From assembly GCF_036321535.1 (NCBI RefSeq), contig NC_087436.1, positions 80,602,001 to 80,666,000 of the forward strand: a stretch of DNA of 64,000 nucleotides. Reading direction: 5' to 3'. Positions 51,810 to 64,000 of the stretch are shown piece after piece (within the stretch, counting starts at the first letter, position 1; each line of letters begins with the position of its first letter). The position numbers were made by a program, and so were the translations under genes. Below the pieces are notes generated by a model. That model saw nothing but the letters and a program-made list of their open reading frames with translations, was not told where the DNA came from and did no database searches. This DNA is from Camelus dromedarius (Eukaryota).

Positions 51810-53904
51810 ACACTCTCCGTAGAAGAACTTAGGAAGAGAGTCAAGAATTCAAAATAACAACTTAAGACATGAGAGGAAGGAAATATTGAGATGGAAGACC
51901 TCCGAAAATAAATGAAACAGGCAAGAGCAACTATGTTAGAAGAATGCGGTAAAGAAAAGAAAAAAACTAGATTGAATATACGATCTAAAGAAATAACATA
52001 ACAAAATAAATCACATAATGCAGAATGAAAAAATAGAGCAATATAAAAATAATAGATTTGGTATGAAAAAAGATGCTATATAGGTGTAAGGAAGAAAATA
52101 GATCTGAGGAAGAAATTTGAGGAAGAAATAGAAATTGAGGAAGAAAACAGAACAAATGAAATTAAATAAATAAGAGAAGAGAATTAGATGACATTTTCTG
52201 GAAATGAAGACCAGAATTTGAAGTTTGAAAAAGCAATCTCTGTCCAAGAGAAAAACTGATGCAGAATGCTGTACACCAAAAAGTATCCTGGCACCGAAAG
52301 TATCCAAATCATTGAATTAAGAATAAAGACAGAATCCTGTGAAAATTCTATGCAGAAAAGCAAGTAGTATTCAAGGTGAAAAAAATCAGGCTGTTTGGAT
52401 TTTCCCATGGTAATACTTAAATGCCAGAAAATAGAAGAAAAAATGTCCATACGTTTCTGAGGGAAAGAAAGTGTGACTCTAAGATATATCCCTAGTCAAG
52501 TTATCCTTCAGGTATAAAGAGAAAGACACATACGCATTCTGCACCTCTTAAGGGTACAGAAATTCAGGGGATACACCATCCATAAGCCTCCTTGAAAAAA
52601 GTATGCAATGAAATTCAGCCAACTCAGAGGTGTATAGTAACAAAGAACTCAAGAAAAGAGAAGCTGGGGTAAAAGGACTGATAATGAACATTGTATCCCT
52701 TCAGGTATAAAGCCATTACAAAAAAGTGTCAAGAATTTTGATTGTAGAATAAAATGTAAATGTTATTAATTTGATATTTTAAAATTAATTATGTAAGTAA
52801 TGCAACTCTGGGAGAGGATGTTGGAAGAAACTGTAAGTGCCCAAATCTCCCCGTCTTCCAAACAAAAAGGCCCTAGGTACTGTGCAAAGCTGCAAGATGT
52901 GGTATGGAAAGTCATGACTCCAACCTTCTAATTGTTTTCTTGACTCTAGAGGAAAGTTTTGGAAATTTATTACTGGTGGTAATAAAGAAACATTTACTTC
53001 AAGTTCACCAATTCCTTCAGCTTCATTTCAGTTTCTTCTTTCATTAAATTAAGTTTTAATTAAATAATTTATCCAAAAAAATCCTTCAATCACCATTTTA
53101 TAAGATTTTATTTGCATAACTGAATATAGAAAAGTGAAATTATGCTAACTAAAGTTTAGTGATGGCTATTTTGGGGCAACAAGATGATAAATCTTATTTC
53201 CTTTGCATTTTTGTAAGTTGCTTATTTAGATTTTTTAAATGATAAATGTGCATCATTTCTATGAAACTAACTTTTCTTATAAATAAATCTTGTTAATTAC
53301 TAACATAATTAAAAGCATAATGCAGACACATAATAAAAAGAAAGAGAGGATAAAAATGAATTAATGACTGAATAAATGTCTACAACCAAAATTCATGTAT
53401 ATGCTGTTTATGAAGAAATATATATGGATCAAAATGATATAATAAGTCTATAAAATACTGTGCAACAGAATATTAAGCAAATACAAGCAATAAGAAAACA
53501 TACATACTATAAGAAATGAATACAATTGGGAAAAAAGTCATCCACATTAAACAAATTTTATTACAAAAAGGAGAAAATTCACAATGAAAATGTAACTTAA
53601 TGAAACATCACATGTATTATAATATATTAGGTAAAACTACTTGAATAAAAGAAGAAATTAGAAAAAATACATATGGGAGAATTTAGAGTAGGCAAAAAAA
53701 GAATTTATAATATACAAAATACAAAAGCATTGATTTTTACCCCACAAAGAATGTCATTTTTCAGCGTCGAAGAACATCTATAAAATTTGATTGTATTTAT
53801 TAAGTGAAAAAAATTTTACAACAATTTCTGAAATATAAAAGGGCCATATTTTCTAACCATCTGACCATAATGCAATAAAATTGGACAAATTAAAAAGTAA
53901 CAAG

Positions 53905-53990
53905 AAAGAGAGAAAGGAAAGGAAGGAAAGAAGGAAAAAAGGAAAGAAGGAAGGAAGGAAGGATGGATGGAAGGAAGGAAGAAAGAGGGA
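53905..53990. repeat. (GGAA)n-type purine simple repeat
   Basis: Direct reading; a second degenerate tract lies at 54170-54272. Confidence 0.9.
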
Positions 53991-54879
53991 CTACTTAATC
54001 CTTGTAAATAATATTTTGCTAAAGAATCATTAGTTAAAAAAGGAAATGAAACTTGCAGTTATTTACTAGTTAGATATTAACAATAGTACTACATATCAAA
54101 ACACAGGTTAAACCCAAAGCTGTTCTCAGAGAAAAGTATATAGTATTTGATGTTTTTACTCTTAAGCAAGAAAAGAAATGAAGGAAGAAAGATTAGAAGG
54201 AATGAGAGAAGACAGAAAGGAAGGAAGGAAAGAAGAAAGGAAAGACGGAGAGATAGGAAAGAAGAGAAGGAAATATATCTAAGAACCAAGAAAAATAACA
54301 GTAGACAACTATACAGGTAAATGGAATGAATAAAGATAATCAGATATTAATGAATTAGAAAATAGTAGGACTCAGCAATAATCAGCTTTAGGAAACAGAA
54401 ACCATTCTATTTTCAACAGAAATTTCATACAGTAAATTTGGTACTTAGAACACAATTGGTAGGGCTGGGCCTTCAGCGACTGCTGAGGAAGACTGCTGAA
54501 CTGCACGGCCACCTTCCACCTTGCCACATTAAGAAGATGGAGGTTTAAGAGGCCACAAGTGGAAAGACCGAATTCAACAACACGATGTCAGAGATTTTAG
54601 GCAGGCCTCAGCGATCTTGGTTCAGAAGCTACCCTGCTACCACTGCCGTTTCTTCTTTGCTACCCACAACCAGGCTTTGCTCTTGCAGAAAATCCCAATA
54701 TATCTATGATTGGGACAGGCAATAACAGCAGCTAGATTATATGGGACCTAATTTTTATCCAGATTTTTATCTGCCTTAAAGAGATCTGGAGAATGGGGTT
54801 TTCAGATGCTACAGTATAGAAAGTGACATTTGAAATAGGCTGGAATAGGTGCAAATACCAGTTACCTGTATCTACCATA

Positions 54880-55110
54880 ATAGCTAATATTTCCTGAGCA
54901 GTAATACCAGGCACCGTTTTAAGCATTATACATGCATTAATTGATTTAATCTACATAATTATCTCTGCAAGTTTGGTGCAACTGTTAGCCTCTAGTTTAC
55001 AGGCAAGAAAAAAATGCATATAGAGATCAAGTAATGTACTCCAAGTCTCCTAGCAAAGGGCTGAGTCAGGAGTCAACTGTAGTTAGTCTTTGACTGTAGA
55101 ACTTGAACTT
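54880..55110 (-). mobile_element. MIR SINE
   Basis: taatagctaatatttcctgagcagtaataccaggcaccgttttaagcatt...tttacaggcaagaaaa. Confidence 0.75.
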
Positions 55111-55497
55111 CAGACTGTTACATTCAATATTTTTTTGTTCTTTCTTTTATAAAGATCAATTAAAAAAATTAAAACTTTCATCAAAGTTAATGGAGGAAAA
55201 AAAGGGTAGAAAAATGAGTATATACCATTGGGAATTAGGGATTCTACCACTGAGACAGAAGAGATGATAGATGCTCTGTGATGGTACCCATGGTACCTTG
55301 ATGGTATTAAATTTGTCAAGCTTAATGAAATGGATATTTCTAAGAAAATGTAATAGTTCAAAACTGATGCAAAAATGAAGTTGGAAAACCTGAATGTATC
55401 ACTAGCCATGGTGGAAAACAGCCAACCCCTCCCTAAAAGTATAAGACTTAGTTTAACAAGCCACTACTGTAAGGTCCTTAAGGAACAGATAAGTCTA

Positions 55498-56530
55498 TAT
55501 TGGGTCATTTACAAAATTTCTGAGCCACCCTTTCAGGTATTGTGAAAATGTCACACTGTTTTTCTGTAGTTTAACTTAACCACGTTGGAAATAACCACAT
55601 TATTTCCAGGTCCCCATTATGGCAGAAAAATAACCATTTTCAGGTAGACATAATTCCTTTCATGTTTTCTCCCGTCCTCTCCCTCTCCTTGGCACAGCAT
55701 TTATTTCAAAGGCCTCAAGTATAGTCATAATACAGTGGTGGGAGCTCCGGCTCCCAGGTTTGGCATTTGCTCAAGGGTTCAATTCCCAGTTGTAGCAGTC
55801 TCTCCTCATTGTCATCAGCTGGGTCCTGGTTGGCCGTCTAGGGTTTCCTGTCATGTAATTCCATTACTGTCTTCTGCCCCATTCCCTCTCTCATTTGGGA
55901 GACGTCTCCAGCCTTCAGAGTGTGCAGATTACCAGGAAGAAGAACCTTTGGCTGCTCTCTCATTCCTTCTTAGGATATACAGTGGCTCCACATGAGTCGG
56001 CCTCCCTTAGGGCCTCCTGGACATCAGGCAGAGGTCTTACCCAGCTATTTCAGCCAGGTAGGGCTGAGCATCTTTCAGGTGCAACCAGACCTGAAGCTGA
56101 GCCCAGGATCTCATCTGGTCTCAAATCCTCAGCATTTCCTGGGCAATTATAATCATCCCTTCTCCTTTAGGAGCCAAAGGGCTGGAAGGTGGGCCCCCAT
56201 GGAAGGGTGCGGGAGGACTTAGCTCTTTGTTGGAGATTTTACTAATGTCTACGCTTTCCATCCCTGTAGAGGATTGAGAGAGGACAGGGAGAGGCCACAT
56301 ACTGACAGGAGACTGTTTAGAGACTTGGAGTCAGGAACCTGGTGGTCTGGAGACTCACTGCGCTTATGTATACGCCCTGTCAAAATATTTCTTTCTGAAG
56401 TTTAGACTTGGACATTTCCTTTACCCTCAAAACTAAAAACCTGATGCCTTTGATTTTCTGTTTCCCTTATGATAGGGGGAAAATGAGGAGGAAAGGAGTT
56501 GCTGAACTGGTGAGCTAAAAACACCCATAA
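55498..56530 (-). mobile_element. Old long LTR (LTR78/79-like)
   Basis: GC-elevated ~1 kb block; the minus-strand end aagggtggctcagaaattttgtaaatgacccaata resembles that family's terminus as I recall it. Confidence 0.45.
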
Positions 56531-59269
56531 ACACTATTTAGGCTGTTTTAGAAAGAAAAGATGAAAAACTGGAAAGTTTCATTTTTACCAATTTACCATA
56601 ATCATGAATACAGATAACATGCAAAAAAAATCCTAAATAAAATATTAGCATTTCTGTCCTAACAATCCTGGACAGATTGTATTTCAGGAATGCAAGTTAT
56701 ATACTTATGACTTGCCTATATTTTGTGTAACTTTTTGTATTTAGCAAATTAATGGTCAATCCACTTTGTGAAGGGGTGTGGTACATACATAAAATACAGT
56801 GTTACATAAAATATGTGGCCCAGACCTCAAGGATCTTATAATCTGGTCATAGAGTCAGATGTTACTGATTCACTGTATGTATAAGAAATATTTAAAAGTA
56901 GTACATTAGTTTTTCTGATGAGTTATATAAATATGCTCTAAGTGTTCATAGAATGTCAGATTAGAGAGGTAGAGAAGGAATTTACAAGAGGGGATAACAT
57001 GATTTCAATTCTAAAAAGTAAGTTGGGCTTGTATGGAGTGAGGATATTTGAGGGGGCAATACAATAGATAAAATTATGAAGAAAGGAAAGCTTAATATAT
57101 ATATATATATATATATATGTTAGGTATACAATGAGCAAATTTTCTGTAATAAAAGAGTGAAATGTTAAAGATTTAGAGACATTGTGAGTTAAAAATTGTA
57201 CTCCTGAGGTAATACTGATTTAAAAAAAGATATGTTGTGTGTTGTTTAATGCACTCAGCTGGTAAGACAATTTGGGGTGTCTCAGCCTACATAAGGAATA
57301 ATCTTGTTCTGTGCGAGTAACAAGATTTATTGATTCAGTGTATCCTTCCTTCACACAGCTACCACCGGAGTGCAGTTTAAGCCCCCAGGTGACTTTCTCT
57401 TGACTTGTCTCTCTCAAAACTTGGCTTCATAAATTACCAACCCTTCTGCTACTTATTTTACCTCAATTTTCTATACCAGTCACTTTTTAAAAAATCCCGA
57501 ATCTTTTTTATTATCCTCATCAAGGTATGATCCCCATTAATCAATCTAAAGTGGAGATGAAATTGTTGCTAAAAATTACACAGAAAAAAAATTAAAACTT
57601 TCACAAAACAAACTTGAAACTGAGGAAGAATTATTGTGCTCCATTGAAAGATTTTTGTTGTTGTTGATTTCTCATGTAAACGTGAATAGTTTTTCTACTT
57701 GGGCTGTGTGGAGCTCAAAGACTAAATATCTATGGTTCATTGTGTACACTATATGGTTAATGGCACATCTCTAAGGACGGAGTTACTAAACTGGTTTAGA
57801 TGGAAACACACAGCAACTTTATCTCTCTACTCAGGGGTTACTGACAGAAGACTCCTTACTTATTTTCAGAACGTGTTGGCCCCTCTCCTCACCTTCCACC
57901 TCTCCCAGCCCACTGCCAGGTGGTTGTATATTCTTCCCCCTACTTCTGATGCCTACTAAGTCTCTGATCCAACTGCACTAACCTCTCATTTACACTGATC
58001 TGTGTCTAGCTCTTGAATCTGAACAGAGATTGCTTTTTCAAGGTCTCTCCACTCTGCCTCTGTGTCCTTTATCCCTTCTAAGAGGGCACTGCGAAAACAT
58101 CTGCTCCTCCCCTGCATCTGCTTCACCTCTCCTACCCTTTTTCAATCTCTAGTTGCCTCCTTTGTTATTATTGCCAATGTATTGCACTTACTGTCTAAAT
58201 ATTTGTTGATTGATTGGTTGGTTCTGCATAATACAAAAGGGTTACTGACTCTATTTAAAAAATAATGAGAATTGTGACTTCCCGCAAGCATGAGGATAAA
58301 CTCTTGCATGACAAATTGAGAAAATAAACACTTTACTAGATTGCTTCCACTGACATGCAAATGAAACAAGTGATAGATTCCCACCATCAACTAAACTACA
58401 AATACTACTTAGGTTTACAACAAGCATTATTATATTTGCAATCATTTTTTGTTGTTGTTTAAAAAATTACTATCTTGGTCAAAGGGAGCACGAAAAATGC
58501 TCATTGGGTCAATAACGTGTCGTTTTTTACTTGATCCCAATTCCTAACAGTGGCTGCAGATATGTTAAAGGTTGGTTAGCGTGGGGCCCCATTGGGGCAT
58601 AAGGGGTCAATGCCAGCGTAAAGAGTAGCAGTTATGGTGTAGCCACACTACCTTGTATCCCACTTGCTATTTCATTAGCAGACAGGCAATAGACTCTAAA
58701 ATGTTTGAAATGTGAAGATTTGGATTCTGTATTAATTTTAATTCTTTTTTTAAGCTATGATAGACTGGTTTCACATATTCCCTTCCTAAATAGAATTCCC
58801 CATCCTTACCATAACTTCACGGAGGGCAAAGTGGACTCCCAACTCAAAAATTTGAAGCATTCTTCTCAAATTTCAGAAGTAGAATGAAATGGACTGAGTA
58901 GCTGATTTTATTCGAGCATTGTTCGTTTGTTTATGCCTTCATTATAAGATTATTACGTTAGTGATTTTTTTAAATCACCAGATTAAAAAGTCAAGGATCA
59001 TGGCTTGTTCACCTCTATTTATATAGAGTCTGAAACACTGGTGATGCTCAGTACCTATTTGAATAAATGAAGGGGCTGTGGATGGAAGAACTGGGGAGCA
59101 GAGAAGAAGAAAAGGCACTTCCACAAGTTTAAGATGTGACAAAACAGAGAGAGGCAGGAAAAAGCAAAGCATATTTAGAATAAGAACATTTCTTCAGTTT
59201 GGTTGAAAGTTGTACTACATCTGTTAGAAAAGGTTGAATGTGATGAAATTTGAATCCCAGATTTAAAAA

Positions 59270-59875
59270 TTTGAGTCTTCATTCTACAGATAGTACGAAG
59301 TTTGAACCATTTATAACAGAAGAATGACACAGAGGAAACAGTGCTTTAGGAAGATGGATCTATCTGCAGAATGCAAGAAGGACTGCATCAGGGAGGTACT
59401 GGAGGTTGGGAAGTGAGTGAAAAGGCTTACATACAGAGGAAAGTAAGGCCTGAACTAGAGTGTTAGCAGCACAGTAGCAAGGTAGGGATGATGGAAGAAA
59501 TGTTTTGAAGGAGGAATTATCAGGATTTTTGCTATGTTTGGATTTCGAGAGCAAAGGAGAACTATATGAAAAATGATTTTTTTGATTCAGAGTCAGGATA
59601 ACAAAAAACTCTAAGTTCCATTGCTAATAACAGAGGAACCTGGTATGGGTTGGGAAGGGGAGGGCATTGGAAATAGATTTTAGAAACTTTAATTTTAAGG
59701 AGACTAGAAAGTATATAAGTATAAATATCCCACACACCATTTAAAATCAGGGAGTAAAATTCTGGAGAGAAAATTGGATCAAAAATAACCATTTGGTGGC
59801 AATCTCTATAGAAGTGATAGCTGGTTTTTAGAGAGTAGAAGAAATCTCTAAGGGAGATACTGGGAGAAGAATAGC
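59270..59875 (-). mobile_element. L2 fragment
   Basis: agcagaagaatgacacag-like segment, aggcctgaactagagtgttagcagc, ggagtaaaattctggagagaaaattgg. Confidence 0.6.
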
Positions 59876-59897
59876 AGTAATAAAAATTAAACTTTGG

Positions 59898-62087
59898 CAA
59901 CACCCATTTATGATAAAAACTCTTACCAAAGTGGGTATAGAGGGAACATATCTCAACATAATAAAAGCTATTGATGACAAACCCACAGTCAGCATAATAC
60001 TCAACAGTGAAAAACTAAAAGCATTCCCACTAAAATCTGGGTCAAGACAAGGATGCCCACTCTCACCACTTTTATTCAACATAGTCTTGGAAGTCTTAGC
60101 CACAGCAATCAGGCAAGAGAAAGAACAGGTATTTAAATTGGAAGAGAAGAGGTAAAATTATCACTATATGCAGATGACACGATACTATATATAGGAAACC
60201 CTAAAAGCTCCACCAAAAAACTATTAGAGCTGATAAAAGAATTCCGCAAGGTAGCAGGATACAAGATTAACATACAAAAATCAGTTGCATTTCTTTACAC
60301 TAACAATGAATTAGCAGGAAAAAAAAGTAAAGCAACAATCTCCTTTAAAATCACATCCAAACCAATAAAATACTTAGGAATAAAACTGACCTAGGAGATG
60401 TAAGACTTATACATGGAGAATATAAAACACTGATTAAGGAAATTAAAGATGAGTTGAAGAAATGGAAGGATATCCATGCTCTTGGATTGGAATAATCAAT
60501 ATCGCTAAAACAGCCATACTGTCAAAGGCAATCTACAGATTTAATGCAATCCCTATCAAATTACCCAGGACATTTTTCACAGAACTAGAACAAACAACCC
60601 TAAAATTTATATTGAATCACAAAAGACCTGAAATTGCCAAAGCAATACTGAAGAAAAAGAATGAAGCTGGAGGAAATACCCTCCCTGACTTCAGACATTA
60701 TTACAGAGCTATGTAATCAAAACAGCATGGTATTAGCATAAAAACAGACATATGGATCAATGGAACAGAATAGAGAGCCCAGCCCAGAAATAAACCCACA
60801 GACCTATGGTCAATTAATCTTCGACAAAGGAAGCAAGAATATACAATGGAGAAAAGACAGTCTCTTCAGCAAGTGGTGTTGGGAAAACTGGATAGCAGAA
60901 TGTAAATCAATGAAGTTAGAACACTCCCTCACTCTATGCACAAAAATAAACTCAAAATGGCTTAAAGACTTAAATATAACAAGACATGATAAATCCCCTA
61001 GAAGAAAACATAGGCAAGACATTCTCTGACATAAATCTTAGTAATGTGCTCCTAGGGCAGTCTACCCAGGCAATAGAAATAAAAGCAAATATTAAAAAAT
61101 GGGACCTAATTAAACTTAAAAGCTTTTGCATAGCAAAGGAAACCATAAGCAAGACAAAACAACAACTTACGGAATGGGAGTAAATATTTGCAAATGATGT
61201 GACTGACAAAGAAAGATTTCCAGAATACATAAACATTTCATACAACTTAATAACAAAAAAACCCCCAAACAACCCAATTGAAAAATGGGCAGAAAACCTA
61301 AACAAGCAATTCTCCAATGAAAACATACAAATGGCCACTAGGCACATGAAAAAATACTCACTATCACTAATTATCAGAGAAATGCAAATCGAAACTACAA
61401 TGAGGTATCACCTCACACCAGTCAGAATAGACATCATTCAAAAGTCCACGAACAATAATGCTGGAGAGGGTGTGGAGGAAAGGGAACCCTCCTACACTGT
61501 TGGTGGGAATGTAGTTTGGTGCAGACATTACGGAAAACAGTATGAAGATTCCTCAAAGGACTAAAAATAGACTTACCATATGATCCAGCAATCCCACTTC
61601 TGGGTGTATGTCCAGAGGGAACGCTAATGAAAAAAGATACATGCACCCCAATGTTCATAGCAGCACTATATACAATAGCAAGACATTGAAGAACCTAAAT
61701 GTCCTTTGACAGATGACTGGATAAAGAAGATGTGGTATATTTATACAATGAAATACTACTCAGCCATTAAAAATAATAAAATGCCATTTGCAGCAACATG
61801 GATGGACCTAGAGATCATCATTCTAAGTGAAGTAAGCCAGAAAGAGAAAGAAAAATACTATATTATATCACTCATATATGGAATCTAAAAAAAAAAACAA
61901 AAACAAAAAACACAGAAAGAAGGACACTATGAACTCATCTACAAAAGAGAAACAGATTCACAGACATAGTAAACAATCTTATGGTTACTGGGGAAAGGGG
62001 GTGGGAAGGGGTAAATTTGAGAGTTTGAGATTTACAGATGTTAGCCACTATATATAAAAATGGATTTTTTAAAGTTTCTTCTGTATA
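59898..62087 (+). mobile_element. Young L1 fragment (~2.2 kb of disrupted ORF2 RT/C-terminus plus partial 3'UTR)
   Basis: ORFs with [21 protein letters not shown], tatgcagatgac (YADD), [12 protein letters not shown] and [17 protein letters not shown]; several frameshifts; no polyA tail. Confidence 0.97.
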
Positions 62088-63204
62088 TGAGACATTGGCT
62101 AATGATTAGACATTTTAATACTAAATACCTAGAACATGGAGACAAATTCTATGACTATTTTGCAATGTTAGAAGTTATACTCAATCCAGAACTTCATTAA
62201 ATTTTGCTAAAAATTAATGAAAATACCATGAGGCTCCTTTAATATTTTTTATTTAAATGCAAAGGCAACAAAGAGTTGTTCAGTCTGTTGTAGTAAAAGT
62301 CCTAAAATAATACACCAAACCAACAGGGACTTCTTTTATAGCAAGAAGTATCAGAAGATGTTATAGTGAACATTGCTCAGGTTATGAAAAATGCTACTTA
62401 CAACAAATTTCACAGTAAAGGAGGTCATGCTATATAGTAAAGTACCAATATTTCTCTAAAGTTTAAGCTTGTGGTATTTGCTAGATTTTATTTCAATAAT
62501 TAAGTCCACAAAAAAGCTCTACTTTTTATGTAAGTCACTAAAGAATACGAACCAGAAAAGAACTTTCTCAATACGAAATAACTTCCTTAATCAAAACACT
62601 GTTTTCTACAAACATCATATGCATAACCAAGCTGCATTGCCTAGAATTAAAAAAAAGTATTCCTAAGTTATAGATGAGTTTCACGGATGGCAAATTCATT
62701 CACTCTATCATTTATAAACACTTACAGTAAAATTGGAGTCACACATGCATAGCGGTGTCAGCAACATAATTGATTTAATAAAAATAACAATTTTAAACCT
62801 GTAATAAAAACTTTAAACATTGCAATCAGAGGTGGCATGATTATGGAAATCTTTTGTACTACAATGAGATGGGGGTGGTTATTTTATGCCAAAGACTTTG
62901 AAAGAGTTGAATTTATAGATCAGTATACATTTTTCTTCAAAAGAAAAGATAAAGTTTCCATTTTTCTTTAAAAAATGGTAAAGGTTCTGATATAACAAGC
63001 ATGGCTGTCTATTAAGCTATTTGACTACCTGCTACCTATCAGATAACAGTAATTGAAAAAATTCACTTAATCTGCATATTCAAGGTAAATGTAGCATTAT
63101 AACAAAAAAGAAAATTAGTATTTTTTTTGAAGGAAGTTGTATGATGAAGAGAACATTTGAAAACAATGAGTGTTTGGAAATATTTCCATCTCTATGTGGT
63201 GTAA

Positions 63205-63590
63205 GTGTATGGGAGATACTGAGATGTGCTGACCAGATTAAAGAAGGACTTGCTGCCCAGATGTGAGGACCGAGGTCAGCAGACTGTGTCCTGCAGTGAC
63301 TGCTTCAAGGTCAGCCTCATCTACAGAGCTACCTCTCCTGGGACATATGGTGACTGAGTAATGTGGGATGAAAGTATGAAGGTTCAGCCCTTTTTGACCA
63401 ATGCAGGACACAATTGTTCCAGACTTCCCTGTTAAGGGGATAGTCTAGGCATTGTTGGCTCCATGGAAGTTCTACTTCTTCCCCTGCCCCATTTGGCTTC
63501 TTCTCTCTTCTCTTCACAGCTTTTGGTCCTTGAAAAAGATCTTCTCCCCCAAATCATAAATGTCTGCTTTCTGAGAATTTAAACTGCAAT
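63205..63590 (+). mobile_element. ERVL LTR (LTR16C-like)
   Basis: gaaggacttgctgcccagatgtgagg, gaccaatgcaggacacaattg, acttcttcccctgccccatttggcttc, tgtctgctttctgagaatttaaactgcaa. Confidence 0.7.
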
Positions 63591-64000
63591 ATGTATCACT
63601 TGGTGAAACTCTCTATACATACCTGAAAATTTGGAAACAGATTTTCTTAACCCGTTTAAAAAATCTTCCATGTGAAGAGTTCCAATGGTTTTGAACCTGC
63701 TTATGAAAAATATAAAAAGTAACTTGATTCATTTTGCAGGATTTTATTGATTGAAATCATAGAAGATCAAAATTTACCCTTCGATTTTTAATAAAAATGT
63801 TCGCCTAATTAGTAGATTGAATGGACTTATTTTAATTAACAAAGTTAATGATGTACTTTTTTGCAGTGAAATCTAAATATTTTTATGTGGTATATTTTTC
63901 AGCTAAAAAAACTATTAAATCCAAGTGTTTGAATAAAATGGACTTAAGACCTGTCAAATTGCTATATTACAAAGTATTAAAACAATATTTTCAAGAATAA

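Larger units (their letters stand above)
51850..55490 (+). mobile_element. Very old, fragmented L1/HAL1-like ORF1-ORF2 remnants
   Basis: A-rich purine-biased sequence; ORF1-like aatacttaaatgccagaaaatag...cctagtcaagttatccttcagg; ORF2-like tctgaccataatgcaataaaattg and gaaatggatatttctaagaaaatg. Confidence 0.55.

Noticed and set aside
52090..52160. Repeated gaggaagaaa units resembling a repeat-spacer array
   Set aside because: These are short irregular slippage duplications in A-rich L1-like DNA, not a CRISPR-like array.
59910..61888. Reverse-transcriptase-like ORFs as a novel RT system
   Set aside because: They are ordinary frameshifted L1 ORF2 fragments.

Overview
Mammalian genomic DNA, AT-rich and repeat-dense. 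It is most likely camelid (alpaca/llama/camel), inferred from two tRNA-Ala-derived Vic-1-like SINEs and artiodactyl-type L1 3' tails. The window holds the 5' end of WDFY3 (ALFY) on the minus strand, recognised from my recall of the human 5'UTR. It shows a CpG-island promoter (~39.2-40.6 kb), non-coding exon 1 (donor at 39801/39800), a ~28.9 kb intron 1, a 94-nt non-coding exon 2 (10823-10916) and part of intron 2. The WDFY3 start codon lies outside the window, left of position 1. Positions 40.6-64 kb are upstream/divergent sequence, where human has the lncRNA WDFY3-AS2. The rest is transposon remnants: L1, L2, MIR, MaLR/ERVL LTRs, a decayed ERVL integrase and hAT MERs. No intact protein-coding ORF is supported, and I found no convincing novel biological system. 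The most interesting signals are regulatory: three overlapping uORFs in all three frames with a TGATG stop-start, a candidate micro-exon/recursive splice site, inverted L1 pairs around exon 2, a PBX/MEIS motif cluster and atypical L1 insertion structures. Repeat family names come from recalled consensus sequences, and boundaries without a TSD are approximate.
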